NCBI GenBank assembly: GCA_937899715.1
Contig: CALCNX010000034.1
Coordinates: forward strand, 2,339-66,338
Source: an uncultured bacterium
GTDB lineage: Bacteria; Bacteroidota; Ignavibacteria; Kapaibacteriales; UBA4661
Direction of reading: 5' to 3'
DNA: 64,000 nt
Shown here: one piece after another, positions 18,469-27,927 of the stretch
Numbering within the stretch: the stretch's first letter is position 1
How the letters are laid out: each line of letters opens with the position of its first letter
Made by a program: the position numbers and the translations under genes
Notes under the pieces: model-generated
Databases searched by the model: none
What the model was told of the DNA's origin: nothing
The model's input: the letters and a program-made list of their open reading frames with translations, nothing else

Positions 18469-21400
18469 ATGACCAACGCTCAATCTCTCTACGACCGCAT
18501 TATTGCTCGTCTCCGCGCCGTCCGCTCGAAGGAATTGACGCTTTCGCTTACCTCCGGCTTGTTTATGGCGGGGGCGTGTTCGCTGGCACTCTTGCTTGTG
18601 CTGACAGGAATAGAAGCACTTGCTTATTCCGGCATTGCTTCCCGAACAACAATGGCTGCTGTGTGGCTTCTGGGAACTCTTGCAGCGCTCGGCGTATTTG
18701 CAGGTACACCACTTATGCGGCTCATGGGGATTCAGCCCAAAGACAGCGACGACACGATGGCGCTTCGCATAGGACACTTTTACGATGATGTGCAAGACAA
18801 GCTCCTGAACGCACTTCAACTCTACCGCTCCAGCACAGCACAAAGTATGTTTTCCAGCGAATTGGCTTTGGCAAATTTTGGTGCCGTTGGCGCACGAGCA
18901 GAAACGCTTGATTTCGAGGCAATTTTAGACAAAAAGCCCCGCAAGACTGCGCTGATGCTCTTTCTGGGCGTAGCACTCATAACAGCAATAACCTTTGCTA
19001 TTGCGCCCAATGTGATGGGTTCGGCGCTCTACCGCTTGAGCCATTTTCGGCAATCTTTTATTCCGCCCGCGCCCTTTATGCTGGTCTTAGAGCCTGTGCA
19101 GCAAAAAGTCTTGCGCGGCGCGACGGTAGAAATTCGCGTCCGAGCGGCGCAGAATCCCGAAGCGAACAAATATGCACCGCCCACAGAAATCATGCTTCGC
19201 CTTCGTGAAAAACTAGACGGCGCTTCGGGCGACGAAACTTTTGATTCCTTCACGCTCCGCCCTGATTCTACGGGAGTATTTCGCTTCCAAGTTCCGTCGG
19301 TAAAGCGTAGCGTAGAAATGTACGCTGAAGTGGCTTGGTATCTGGATTTCGTGCGCTCAGAGCGCGGCGCAATTACGGTCTTCGACCGTCCCGATATTCG
19401 TGGGCTTTCCGGCAGCGTTACGCCGCCCGCTTATACCAAAACTCCGCCCCGCAGCCTTGATGAAAACTCGGCTTCGGTGATGTCGCTTATTGGTTCGCGT
19501 GTCGAACTGACGGCGCTTTCCAATAAGCCTCTGAAATCCGCAGAAATCGTACTCTTGAAAAACTCTGCAAGCGGCGATTCTACCAAACGTGATACCGTGC
19601 GTGTTCCCCTGAAGACCAGTGACCGCCGCGCATCGGGCGCTTTTTCCGTGAATTTTTCGGGTGAGTATTTCTTGCGTATCGTGGACGAAAACGGTGAGGA
19701 AAATGCCGACCCGATTCGCTATTCCGTGCTTGCACTCAAGGATGCACCGCCCTCCATCACGCTTTTGCAACCGACCGCCGATGTGGAATTGACCGAACGC
19801 GGCTTGCTCCCTATCAAAACAGCCATTGCGGATGATTATGGATTTTCGGCGCTGAAACTGCACTATCGCCGCACTGAATCGCGCTATTCACCGCCGCAGG
19901 AGAAATTTTCGCAGATTTCGCTTGGCTTTATGGGCAGCGAAAAGTCGTTGGAAGTGCCGTATATCTGGGATTTGAATAAAGTTGGTCTTGCGCCCTCGGA
20001 CAAATATGAATTTTTCCTTGAAGTAACGGATAACGACGTTGTTACGGGTCCAAAGTCTGCCCGCACCAACACTATTTCGGTTCGCTTGCCTTCGCTGGAT
20101 GAAATTTTCAAAGAGGCAGACAAGACGCAAGAAATCGCGGCAAAGGACTTGCAAAAAGTGCTCAAAGATGCCGAAACGATGAAGCGCGACATGGAAGAAA
20201 TTTCCCGCGAACTCCGCAAGCAGCAAGAAAAGCCGCAAGCGGACTGGAAAGAGAAAAAACGTCTGGAAGATATGCTCAAGAAGCAAGACGATATGCAAAA
20301 GCGCGTCGAAAGTGTGCAGAAGCAACTTGAGGACATGACCCAAAAACTTCAGCAAAACCAAAGCATTTCGCCCGAAACCATGCAGCAATACATGGAAGTC
20401 CAAAAACTTCTCAAGCAGGTAAACGTACCCGAAATGCAAAAAGCGATGCAGCAAATGCAAAAGGCGCTCGACCAGATGCAGCCGGAGCAGCTTCAGCAGG
20501 CATTGCAAAAATTTCAGTTCAACGAGGAAGATTTCAAGAAGTCTATTGAGCGGACGATGAAAATTCTGAAGCGGGTGCAAGCAAATCAAAAATCGGACGA
20601 ACTTGCCAAACGCGCGAAGGAGCTTGATGAGCAGCAACGCGACCTCGAAAAGCAAATGGACAACGCCAACATGAATGACCAGCAAAAGCGTGAGGAAATG
20701 GCGGAAAAACAAGAGCGCCTGAAAGAAGATATGCAAAACCTCAGCAAAGAGACCGAAGACCTTGAAAAATTGATGAAGGATATTCAGGAAAAAGGCGGCA
20801 AAGATATGCCGATGGAGGAGATGAAAAAGGCTCAGGAAGCGCTTCAGAAGGAAGAAACCGAAAAGGCAATGCAAGACGCAAAAGAGCAGATGAAACAAGG
20901 CAACCAGCAGCAAGCAAAGCAGCAACAGCAAAAAGCGCAGCAAAACTTGCAGAAATTCGCCCAGCAAATGCAGAATCTCAAAAAAGAAATGCAGCGCAAT
21001 ATCCAGCAAGAAGCGATTAAGCAGCTTCAGAAGTCCACACAGAATATGCTGGAACTCTCCAAGCGCCAAGAGCAACTCAAGCAGCAAAGCCAAAATATGG
21101 ACTACAATTCCACCCAGTTCCGCGATGCCGCTCAAGACCAAGCAAATGCGCTGCAAGACCTGAAAAATGTGATTAGTCGAATGTCGGAACTGGCGCAAAA
21201 ATCGTTTGCCGTTACACCCGAAATGGGAAAAGAACTCGGCGAGGCAATGCAGCAAATGGAAAATGCTACACAAAGCCTGGAAGACCGCAATGCCCAGCAA
21301 GCCGGACAGCAGCAAGGTGGCGCAATGTCTGCCATGAACCGAGCCGCAGCGCAAATGCAAGCTATGCTGGGGCAGATGCAGCAAGGCAACGGACCCGGAG

Positions 21401-22029
21401 GCGGACAGCAGCCGGGCGAGAACGGCGAGGGTATGGGGCAAGGCAGTGGCTCAAGTTTCATGGAACGCCTTCAGCAAGCCGCCGGACAACAACAAATGCT
21501 TAATCAGGCTATGCAACAAATGATGCAGGGTCAGCAGCAAGGGCAGGGTCAACAAGGACAAGGGCAGCAGCGCTTGGGACAGCCCGGAGGTGAGGAATCG
21601 GGGCGCATGGCAGCACAGCAAGAGGCAATTCGTAAATCGCTGGAAGACCTTGCCAAAGACCAAAAAGGCGGCAAACGCGCACTTGGCGACCTCGACAAAA
21701 TGGCAAAAGAAATGCAGGAAATCATCAGCGATATGAAAAGCGGGAATATTTCGGAGGAGACCATTCGCCGACAGGAGAAGATTTTGTCGCGTCTGCTGGA
21801 CGCAAGCCGCTCCACACGCGAACAAGATTTTGAGAAGCAACGTGAGGCAAAATCAGGACAGAATTTCACCCGCACAAGTCCTGCGACGCTGGATATGCGT
21901 ACCCAAGAAGGACGTACCCGCGCCCTGCAAGAATTATTACGCTCCACGCAACAAGGCTACACAAAAGACTACGAGGCGCTCATTCGGCGGTACTTCGAGG
22001 CGTTGCAGAAGGTAGAGCAGAAGAATTGA
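18469..22029 (+). CDS. DUF4175-like membrane protein with very long K/E/Q-rich coiled-coil region
   Basis: Start at ATG 18469. N-terminal hydrophobic helices. A coiled-coil/low-complexity tract of several hundred residues (...QQGQGQQGQGQQ...). C-terminal ILSRLLDASRS...YEALIRRYFEAL as recalled for DUF4175 proteins. Confidence 0.55.
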   Translation: MTNAQSLYDRIIARLRAVRSKELTLSLTSGLFMAGACSLALLLVLTGIEALAYSGIASRTTMAAVWLLGTLAALGVFAGTPLMRLMGIQPKDSDDTMALRIGHFYDDVQDKLLNALQLYRSSTAQSMFSSELALANFGAVGARAETLDFEAILDKKPRKTALMLFLGVALITAITFAIAPNVMGSALYRLSHFRQSFIPPAPFMLVLEPVQQKVLRGATVEIRVRAAQNPEANKYAPPTEIMLRLREKLDGASGDETFDSFTLRPDSTGVFRFQVPSVKRSVEMYAEVAWYLDFVRSERGAITVFDRPDIRGLSGSVTPPAYTKTPPRSLDENSASVMSLIGSRVELTALSNKPLKSAEIVLLKNSASGDSTKRDTVRVPLKTSDRRASGAFSVNFSGEYFLRIVDENGEENADPIRYSVLALKDAPPSITLLQPTADVELTERGLLPIKTAIADDYGFSALKLHYRRTESRYSPPQEKFSQISLGFMGSEKSLEVPYIWDLNKVGLAPSDKYEFFLEVTDNDVVTGPKSARTNTISVRLPSLDEIFKEADKTQEIAAKDLQKVLKDAETMKRDMEEISRELRKQQEKPQADWKEKKRLEDMLKKQDDMQKRVESVQKQLEDMTQKLQQNQSISPETMQQYMEVQKLLKQVNVPEMQKAMQQMQKALDQMQPEQLQQALQKFQFNEEDFKKSIERTMKILKRVQANQKSDELAKRAKELDEQQRDLEKQMDNANMNDQQKREEMAEKQERLKEDMQNLSKETEDLEKLMKDIQEKGGKDMPMEEMKKAQEALQKEETEKAMQDAKEQMKQGNQQQAKQQQQKAQQNLQKFAQQMQNLKKEMQRNIQQEAIKQLQKSTQNMLELSKRQEQLKQQSQNMDYNSTQFRDAAQDQANALQDLKNVISRMSELAQKSFAVTPEMGKELGEAMQQMENATQSLEDRNAQQAGQQQGGAMSAMNRAAAQMQAMLGQMQQGNGPGGGQQPGENGEGMGQGSGSSFMERLQQAAGQQQMLNQAMQQMMQGQQQGQGQQGQGQQRLGQPGGEESGRMAAQQEAIRKSLEDLAKDQKGGKRALGDLDKMAKEMQEIISDMKSGNISEETIRRQEKILSRLLDASRSTREQDFEKQREAKSGQNFTRTSPATLDMRTQEGRTRALQELLRSTQQGYTKDYEALIRRYFEALQKVEQKN

Positions 22030-22055
22030 TTATTGGCTTCAGCGACTTATTTTTA

Positions 22056-23297
22056 TTATTTGGCTTGTCGGGTGCTGTCTTTATTGAGAATCTCAGCCAC
22101 AGAGCCAATTTCCGTAGCAATTTCTTGGATTATACCTCGTGCTTCTGAAGATGCTCCACCATCCAAAAGTGAACGCAAATAATTACGATGTTGAATAATT
22201 TTGTTCATCACTTTTTGTGCGTCACTATTCTTGCTTACAGCAGCACGAGCAGCAGTGAGCGCAATAAAATCGTCCAAATTGAGCCTTCCCGACATCTCCG
22301 AATCCAACTGCTCAAAGGTTGTGAAAGGTAAAGCGCCCGAACCCACAATAAGCGCCTTTGTATCAGCTTTCGCGCCAAATAAACCTTGTACACGTGTGCT
22401 ACGCGCGTCGGTGTATTTCCCTGACACCCGGTTTGCAAGCGCTGAAGCAACGGAACGGCAACGCTTGGCAATCACCTTCATCTCCTCGGCTGCACGGGTA
22501 TATTCATCTCTCTCACCGACGACCGTAACTTCCTCCATGACGTAGGTTTGCAAACTATCCAGCTCCTTTGCCGAAATCTGCTTTCCGCATTGCGTACGGA
22601 GCATTTCCAACGCAGGCTTCAGACCGAGCTTCACTGCTTCGGCGAGGTCGGAACAAGCCTCCTGCTGCTTTCCCATATCAATCAGCGTGGCGGCACGAAT
22701 CATATACGCCTGTGCGTGTGTAGGATTGAATCGTAGAACCGTGTTCAGTGCGACAACAGCATCCGAAGAACGCTGCTGCTTGATGGCAATGAGAGCGATT
22801 TGATAATGCCCATCCACATTAGTAGAGTCCAAACGCAGGACATCAGCAAAATCCATTGCAGCAGCGGCAATATCGTTCATACGCAGTGCTGCGAAACCGT
22901 GCAAATAGTATGCCTGCACATGGTCGTTGTTCAGCACGATACACTCGTTAAAATCATTAATTGCTTCCCTGTATTGCTTGCGGTCAAGATACATTGTGCC
23001 ACGAGCGATGTAAATATCAGTGTTTTCCGGCTCTTTTTTTATTGCTGTGGCAAAGTCTGCAAGAGCATTATCATAGCGACGAATACTGGCGTAAAAGAGC
23101 GCACGTTTTGTGTAGGCAGCGGCGCTGTCTCCCGAACCCCGCACAATAGCCGTAAATGCTTCCTCTGCTCCCGCAGTGTCACGAACTGCGAGATGCACCA
23201 AAGCACGCTCAATGTAATCGCGCCAGTTCTTGGGTGTTTGAGCAGGAAGTGTGGTGCAAAGGAGAGTAAGGCAAAAAACAGAAACTATAAAGCGCAT
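22056..23297 (-). CDS. secreted TPR-repeat protein
   Basis: Signal peptide MRFIVSVFCLTLLCTTLPAQ. Successive 34-residue A/Y/L-patterned repeats (AYYLHGFAALRMND..., AYMIRAATLIDMGK...). Confidence 0.7.
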   Translation of the reverse strand: MRFIVSVFCLTLLCTTLPAQTPKNWRDYIERALVHLAVRDTAGAEEAFTAIVRGSGDSAAAYTKRALFYASIRRYDNALADFATAIKKEPENTDIYIARGTMYLDRKQYREAINDFNECIVLNNDHVQAYYLHGFAALRMNDIAAAAMDFADVLRLDSTNVDGHYQIALIAIKQQRSSDAVVALNTVLRFNPTHAQAYMIRAATLIDMGKQQEACSDLAEAVKLGLKPALEMLRTQCGKQISAKELDSLQTYVMEEVTVVGERDEYTRAAEEMKVIAKRCRSVASALANRVSGKYTDARSTRVQGLFGAKADTKALIVGSGALPFTTFEQLDSEMSGRLNLDDFIALTAARAAVSKNSDAQKVMNKIIQHRNYLRSLLDGGASSEARGIIQEIATEIGSVAEILNKDSTRQAK

Positions 23298-23343
23298 GGT
23301 TATCAAGGCATTATTTCAAGAAAATGGAAATTAGAATAGTCGG

Positions 23344-23874
23344 TTATTTGGGAAGAGAATGGACAAGCGTGGCAACTCCCTTGCGTGACCGTACACGTCT
23401 GCCTTCTAAAAATGACAGTTCGTCGTACTCTGCTGCCAGTATTTGCTTGCCTTCCAGTGTGTAGCAGCCAAACTTATCGCCATTGTTTACTTTTATCACA
23501 TCATTCTGAAGCAACTGTACGCCATCAAAAGCGGGTGCAAGGACTTCTTTGCCTTGTGCATTGACGACACCGTATTTTTTTGCAAGCCCTACAACCACGA
23601 AGCTGTTGGCAGCAATCTGCACAGAATCATACTTCGGCGCAATCAGTTCTTTCCCGCCTTTGGTGAGCAGCCCGTATTTTTTACCGACCTTTGCCACCCA
23701 CATCCCGTTCCGTGCGGGCTTCAGAAGGTCGTACTGCGGTGCTATCACAATCTTGCCCTCTTGGTCGCTGAAGCCGTACTTGAGCGTTTTGCTGTCTTTC
23801 CAGAGAACAAGTTCTTGTGCGTGTACGCTGCCAATGACGCAGAAGGTGAAAATAACAAAAAACAGAAATTTCAT
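23344..23874 (-). CDS. WG-repeat (KYG-motif) secreted protein
   Basis: Signal peptide. Repeated units KYGFSDQEGKIVIAPQYD, KYGLLTKGGKELIAPKYD, KYGVVNAQGKEVLAPAFD, KFGCYTLEGKQILAAEYD. Confidence 0.7.
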   Translation of the reverse strand: MKFLFFVIFTFCVIGSVHAQELVLWKDSKTLKYGFSDQEGKIVIAPQYDLLKPARNGMWVAKVGKKYGLLTKGGKELIAPKYDSVQIAANSFVVVGLAKKYGVVNAQGKEVLAPAFDGVQLLQNDVIKVNNGDKFGCYTLEGKQILAAEYDELSFLEGRRVRSRKGVATLVHSLPK

Positions 23875-23896
23875 GATGCGAAAAAAATATGGTTGT

Positions 23897-23931
23897 AAGA
23901 AAAAATGCTACCGCTCTGGGGAGAGCGGTAG
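23897..23931 (-). terminator. intrinsic terminator after the 23987 lipoprotein gene
   Basis: A 10-bp stem: GCTACCGCTC (23906-23915) pairs with GAGCGGTAGC (23922-23931). On the minus strand it is followed by a T-run (A-run 23899-23904 on +). Confidence 0.7.
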
Positions 23932-23986
23932 CGGGGGAGTGATTCTTTGATTTTCAAGCCTCAAACAAACATTCAGAACTGAAAAA

Positions 23987-24862
23987 CTATTGTCCGCCTT
24001 CTTCTGCAAAGAAGGCAACAATAGCTGCTGCATCAACGGGGGGATTTAGAAGCCATTCAGTTTGAGCATCGAAATCGTCAACTGCTGATAATTTTTCTAG
24101 CATTGAAGGAATAATTAATGCTAGTTTTTTACGCCCCTGCCTGATTTGTTCTTCATTAAAGGATTGTTGTGCTTGATTTGAAGTTGTATTAACTGACACG
24201 CCTATGTCTATCAATTTTTTATCTTTTAAATATTGTGTTAATGTAAAAAGTTCTTTTGAACGTTTTGCTCGTGCAAATGATGTGTTATAGGACTTTAGAC
24301 ATTTTACAGAAGCTGTTGTTAATTGATCTTTATTCCAAACACCTTGCATCTTTGGCAGCATTTGTGCCATTAAAGACACTTCTCGGAAATTTTGGTAACG
24401 ATACAAGATATCCATATAATACTTCATTGCAATTAGCGCTTCTCCTTTGGGCTCAAGGCGAATAAAAAAGCTGCGCAACATGCTCGAAGAGACTTCTTGT
24501 TCAATTCCAAAAGCAAACGGATGATCATGAAATTCTTCTAAAATTTTCTGTGCTATTTGGTGAGCCTGTTGCCAAGAAGGAGCATTTGCAATTTGACGAA
24601 TAGACGATTGATATTTTATCTGACCTTCGCCCATACTTGCTTCTAGTTTTTTATATTGTTCGATTGTCATACCCTGTGGCAATGTTGGGGAAGCCGTTGC
24701 CCAAAAAAGACCTGTTTTTAGATACTTTAATGGCTGTGCAATCGGAATGTCGGCAATGCTTGTATTAGTACTGTTATGTGTTACAGTACATGAATTTAAG
24801 AAGGCAACAGTTATGAACACAAGACTACTGCTAAGACCTATTATTATTTTGTTTTTAGACAT
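23987..24862 (-). CDS. hypothetical lipoprotein (AT-rich gene)
   Basis: MSKNKIIIGLSSSLVFITVAFLNSC lipobox. No recognisable domain. Locally about 35% G+C by hand count (28 of 80 at 24101-24180). Confidence 0.55.
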   Translation of the reverse strand: MSKNKIIIGLSSSLVFITVAFLNSCTVTHNSTNTSIADIPIAQPLKYLKTGLFWATASPTLPQGMTIEQYKKLEASMGEGQIKYQSSIRQIANAPSWQQAHQIAQKILEEFHDHPFAFGIEQEVSSSMLRSFFIRLEPKGEALIAMKYYMDILYRYQNFREVSLMAQMLPKMQGVWNKDQLTTASVKCLKSYNTSFARAKRSKELFTLTQYLKDKKLIDIGVSVNTTSNQAQQSFNEEQIRQGRKKLALIIPSMLEKLSAVDDFDAQTEWLLNPPVDAAAIVAFFAEEGGQ

Positions 24863-25054
24863 ATTTTAAAGTGATAATGTGTTGTTAGTTTAATTTTGAA
24901 GAACTGAGAAGTTGTTTAAAAAATTTTGTATTTCGATACGCTGATCTACCCAGACCTAATCTTTAAAAACTATGTCTGAGCGGTTTCCACAAAAATGTTA
25001 AACAAAAAAATTCTTACTTACAAAATTAGAAGGTTATGCAATTAATGAGCGAAA

Positions 25055-25756
25055 TCAATTGCTACACCTTCTTGGTGGGTCACCACCATTACCAAAATCT
25101 GTACCTCGGTGAAGTACCCAAAGCTCAGGTTGCGCATTACAGCTATTTGTTTGAACAGAATCTATCCGCCACCCCCAATGATAGACACTTCCATTTAAAC
25201 AGACATGGGAATTAGCAATAGGACGTGTGGGGCATTCTATCCTTGATGAATGGGTCAAGGAGTGAGTATTTGAACTAGTATATGTGCAATCTCCAACTTG
25301 AAAGGGTGGAAATGTTTCTATCCATGAACAATAACAAAACGCATTTTCAGGATAACATGGTGGATCTGGCACACCACTTCCATTACTACTTCCACCGCCC
25401 GGCGCATTGCCACTACCACCACCAGCGCTGTTCCAAGGATCGGGAGGCATGGTAAAAGCCGGCGCAGATGAACGTGGTGCATCTTCGGGACCATCAGCAT
25501 CCACATATGCAGTACCGGGTGAATAATCCTGTACCTTCACATCCGCTTCCTTCGGCACTTGAAGCACAGGGCTTACCACACCCTTTTTACCGCTTTGCTG
25601 TGCGCTTACATTCTGTCCAGTCGCCTTTTTAGGCTTTACCACTCTACCGCTCTGCTTGTCCTGCCCGAAAGCACTACCACTCATTACCACCACTGTTACC
25701 ACCAGCGCCACCACGAGGCGCACCAAACCAAGACCATTCGCTGTGCGAATACGCAT
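25055..25756 (-). CDS. secreted protein with Gly/Ser/Pro linker and 8-Cys C-terminal domain
   Basis: Start at ATG ending 25756 (MRIRTANGLGLVRLVVALVVTVVVMSGSAFGQ). Low-complexity GGGSGNAPGGGSSNGSG linker. The C-terminal ~110 aa contain 8 Cys. Confidence 0.55.
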   Translation of the reverse strand: MRIRTANGLGLVRLVVALVVTVVVMSGSAFGQDKQSGRVVKPKKATGQNVSAQQSGKKGVVSPVLQVPKEADVKVQDYSPGTAYVDADGPEDAPRSSAPAFTMPPDPWNSAGGGSGNAPGGGSSNGSGVPDPPCYPENAFCYCSWIETFPPFQVGDCTYTSSNTHSLTHSSRIECPTRPIANSHVCLNGSVYHWGWRIDSVQTNSCNAQPELWVLHRGTDFGNGGDPPRRCSN

Positions 25757-25848
25757 AAAAATACACTCCAAAAAAGTGTAAATAAAAAGGGCATATCTTT
25801 TCTATCGCATCTGTTCGAGGCACCGGCAAGCGCCCATTAACCAAACGG

Positions 25849-25881
25849 AAAAAAGATACGCCCCGCATATCGCAGGGCGTA
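25849..25881 (-). terminator. intrinsic terminator in the gap downstream of the phosphatase gene
   Basis: Stem TACGCCC (25857-25863) pairs with GGGCGTA (25875-25881), plus inner GC/GC pairing. On the minus strand it is followed by TCTTTTTT (A-run 25849-25854 on +). Confidence 0.6.
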
Positions 25882-26185
25882 CATTGTGCTGGCTTTCGGT
25901 TAATGAGAAATTTTGCCGGTTTCCGAACAGAAAGCAAACACAATTACGCATGAATTGAGTTTATATGTCTATGTTTTTGAGGAGAAAAAATAAGGTTGAG
26001 CAAAGAGACAATGCAGGACGTGAATTCAAGGAATATCATATCGGCACTGTTACACTTAGGAATTTTATCATCAGGCACAAATATACAAAAAATGCTTTTT
26101 CCGTCAAGTTTTTTGTAACGCATCTCCTCCGATAGCAGACGCTTACCCTCACCTCATGCGGTAGCGGATTTGAAAAGTAGTACGC

Positions 26186-27880
26186 TTATCCGCACCGCAG
26201 CACCAGCATCGTAATATCATCCGACTGTGGAGCACTTCCGGCGTGTGTCTGCACGTCGCGTGTGATGCTTTCCACAATCTCCTGCGCACTTCCCCCAGAG
26301 CACGCTTTCAGTGATGCTTCCAAGCGCTCTTCGGTAAATTCTTCATTCTCGACACTCAGTGCTTCCGACACGCCATCGGTGTAGAGAAGCAGTACGTCGC
26401 CACATTCCAACGGCACGGTTTTTTCTTCGTAGGGCACAAGCGTTTCCATAATGCCAAGTATTAACCCGCCTTCGATAAGACGCTCGAATGTTCCATTCCT
26501 GCGAAGCAGAAGCGGCGGATTGTGTCCCGCATTGGTGAAGGTAAACGTCTTGTCGCGGGCGTTTAGTCTCCCACAGAAAAACGTAACAAATTTGTCGTCA
26601 CTGGTGTTGCCGTAAAGAAGGTCATTGATACGGCTCACCATCGAGGGAAGCGGTAAATTGAGCGGGGCAAGCGCTCGGAGTGCCGCTTGCGTGTTTGCCA
26701 TGAGAAGCGCAGCCGGCGTACCTTTGCCCGACACATCGGCGATGACCAGCATCCACTCGTCATTTTCAAGGGGAATTACGTCGTAATAATCGCCGCCGAT
26801 TTGCTTTGAAGAAACACTCATACCCGTAATATCAAAGCCCTCAATCGGCGGAAGTTCTTGTGGGAGCAAGCCTTTCTGAATCGTGCGGGCAAGATTCAGT
26901 TCGTCCTCCAAACGCTTCTTTTCCAATTCTTCATGGAAAAGTCGGGCGTTCTCCAATGCCGTCATAGCTGTACCACCAAGCGCTTCCAAGAAATTTTGTT
27001 CCTCGGCTGTGAAGGGCTTCTTATTCATTTTTTCTCCCACGAGCAAAAGACCCTTGGTCTCATTTTGCGTTTTCATGGGAGCAACAAGTACGCAATCATG
27101 AACAAATTCCGAACACCGCTCCAATGCTTGTTCGCCCTGTTCTTTGAACTCATTGACAAGAGCCTGTGCCTGCTCCGGCGTGATTTTGAGACGATTTACG
27201 GGAATGTCAAACTCTGCTCCGCCCTCTTGTCCCTTGACCAAGACCGCAAAGCGGCTCACAGCCAACTGCCCCATCAGACGCAGCGTAAGAAACTTCAGGA
27301 TTTCTTCTTTTTGCAAAAGTGCCGTGAACTCGCGGTTAATCTCGAAGAGCGTTGTCAAAAGCTGATTCTTGCGCTCCAGATACGAACCTGTTTCACGGAG
27401 AGAACGAATATTGCGGGCATTCAAGAGCGCATTAGCCGTGATGCTGCCCACAAGCGAGATATACTGTCGCTCTTCGTCGTTGTAGGGAACATTTGCCAGA
27501 TTCGCCCCAAAGCACAGCATTGCCAGATAGCCCGCTTCGCTGTCAGCACTGCTCATCACGGGCTGACAAAGCTCACCGCCAAATGCTTTCAAGAAAGGAT
27601 GCTCCATCGCACCAAAATCATCATTCGGCACTGATTCTTCGGGCAAAAGCAGAAACGGCTCGGCAGGCGATTTCATACCCTTCGTTGTCACGCATCGCCA
27701 TTCATATTCCCTTACGCCAGTCGGCATGAGTGCACAGGCTTTGAACGTGCGCAGTTTGCCCATGACACTAAGAAGCGCCGTGTTCAAGATAAAAATCTCG
27801 TCGTCCGATGCGTTCAGCGCAGCACTGAGGTCAATCAGCGATTGAAGATTGATGAGATTTGATGTACTTGCGCCCGTCAT
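26186..27880 (-). CDS. PP2C-type (SpoIIE/RsbU family) serine phosphatase with GAF-like N-terminal sensor region
   Basis: GGDYYDVIPLENDEWMLVIADVSGKGTPAALLMA and LLYTDGVSEA motifs of SpoIIE-type phosphatases. The ~330-aa N-terminal region is GAF-like. Confidence 0.8.
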   Translation of the reverse strand: MTGASTSNLINLQSLIDLSAALNASDDEIFILNTALLSVMGKLRTFKACALMPTGVREYEWRCVTTKGMKSPAEPFLLLPEESVPNDDFGAMEHPFLKAFGGELCQPVMSSADSEAGYLAMLCFGANLANVPYNDEERQYISLVGSITANALLNARNIRSLRETGSYLERKNQLLTTLFEINREFTALLQKEEILKFLTLRLMGQLAVSRFAVLVKGQEGGAEFDIPVNRLKITPEQAQALVNEFKEQGEQALERCSEFVHDCVLVAPMKTQNETKGLLLVGEKMNKKPFTAEEQNFLEALGGTAMTALENARLFHEELEKKRLEDELNLARTIQKGLLPQELPPIEGFDITGMSVSSKQIGGDYYDVIPLENDEWMLVIADVSGKGTPAALLMANTQAALRALAPLNLPLPSMVSRINDLLYGNTSDDKFVTFFCGRLNARDKTFTFTNAGHNPPLLLRRNGTFERLIEGGLILGIMETLVPYEEKTVPLECGDVLLLYTDGVSEALSVENEEFTEERLEASLKACSGGSAQEIVESITRDVQTHAGSAPQSDDITMLVLRCG

Positions 27881-27927
27881 AATGCTGCCTGTAATGGTGT
27901 GATGGAGCTAACTGTCATAAAAATTCG

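Noticed and set aside
19888-21441. 517-aa minus-strand ORF (plus 150-, 129- and 132-aa neighbours) opposite the DUF4175-like gene
   Set aside because: It lies entirely antisense to the K/E/Q-rich coiled-coil region. Its translation is a Leu/Phe/His-rich mirror image of GAA/AAG/CAG codons with no domain features, so it is a low-complexity antisense artefact.
26114-26123. GGAGGAG directly before the ATG of the 59-codon ORF as a ribosome-binding site
   Set aside because: The spacing to the ATG is only about 2 nt, and this lineage appears to use SD sequences weakly, so it does not raise my confidence in the small ORF.
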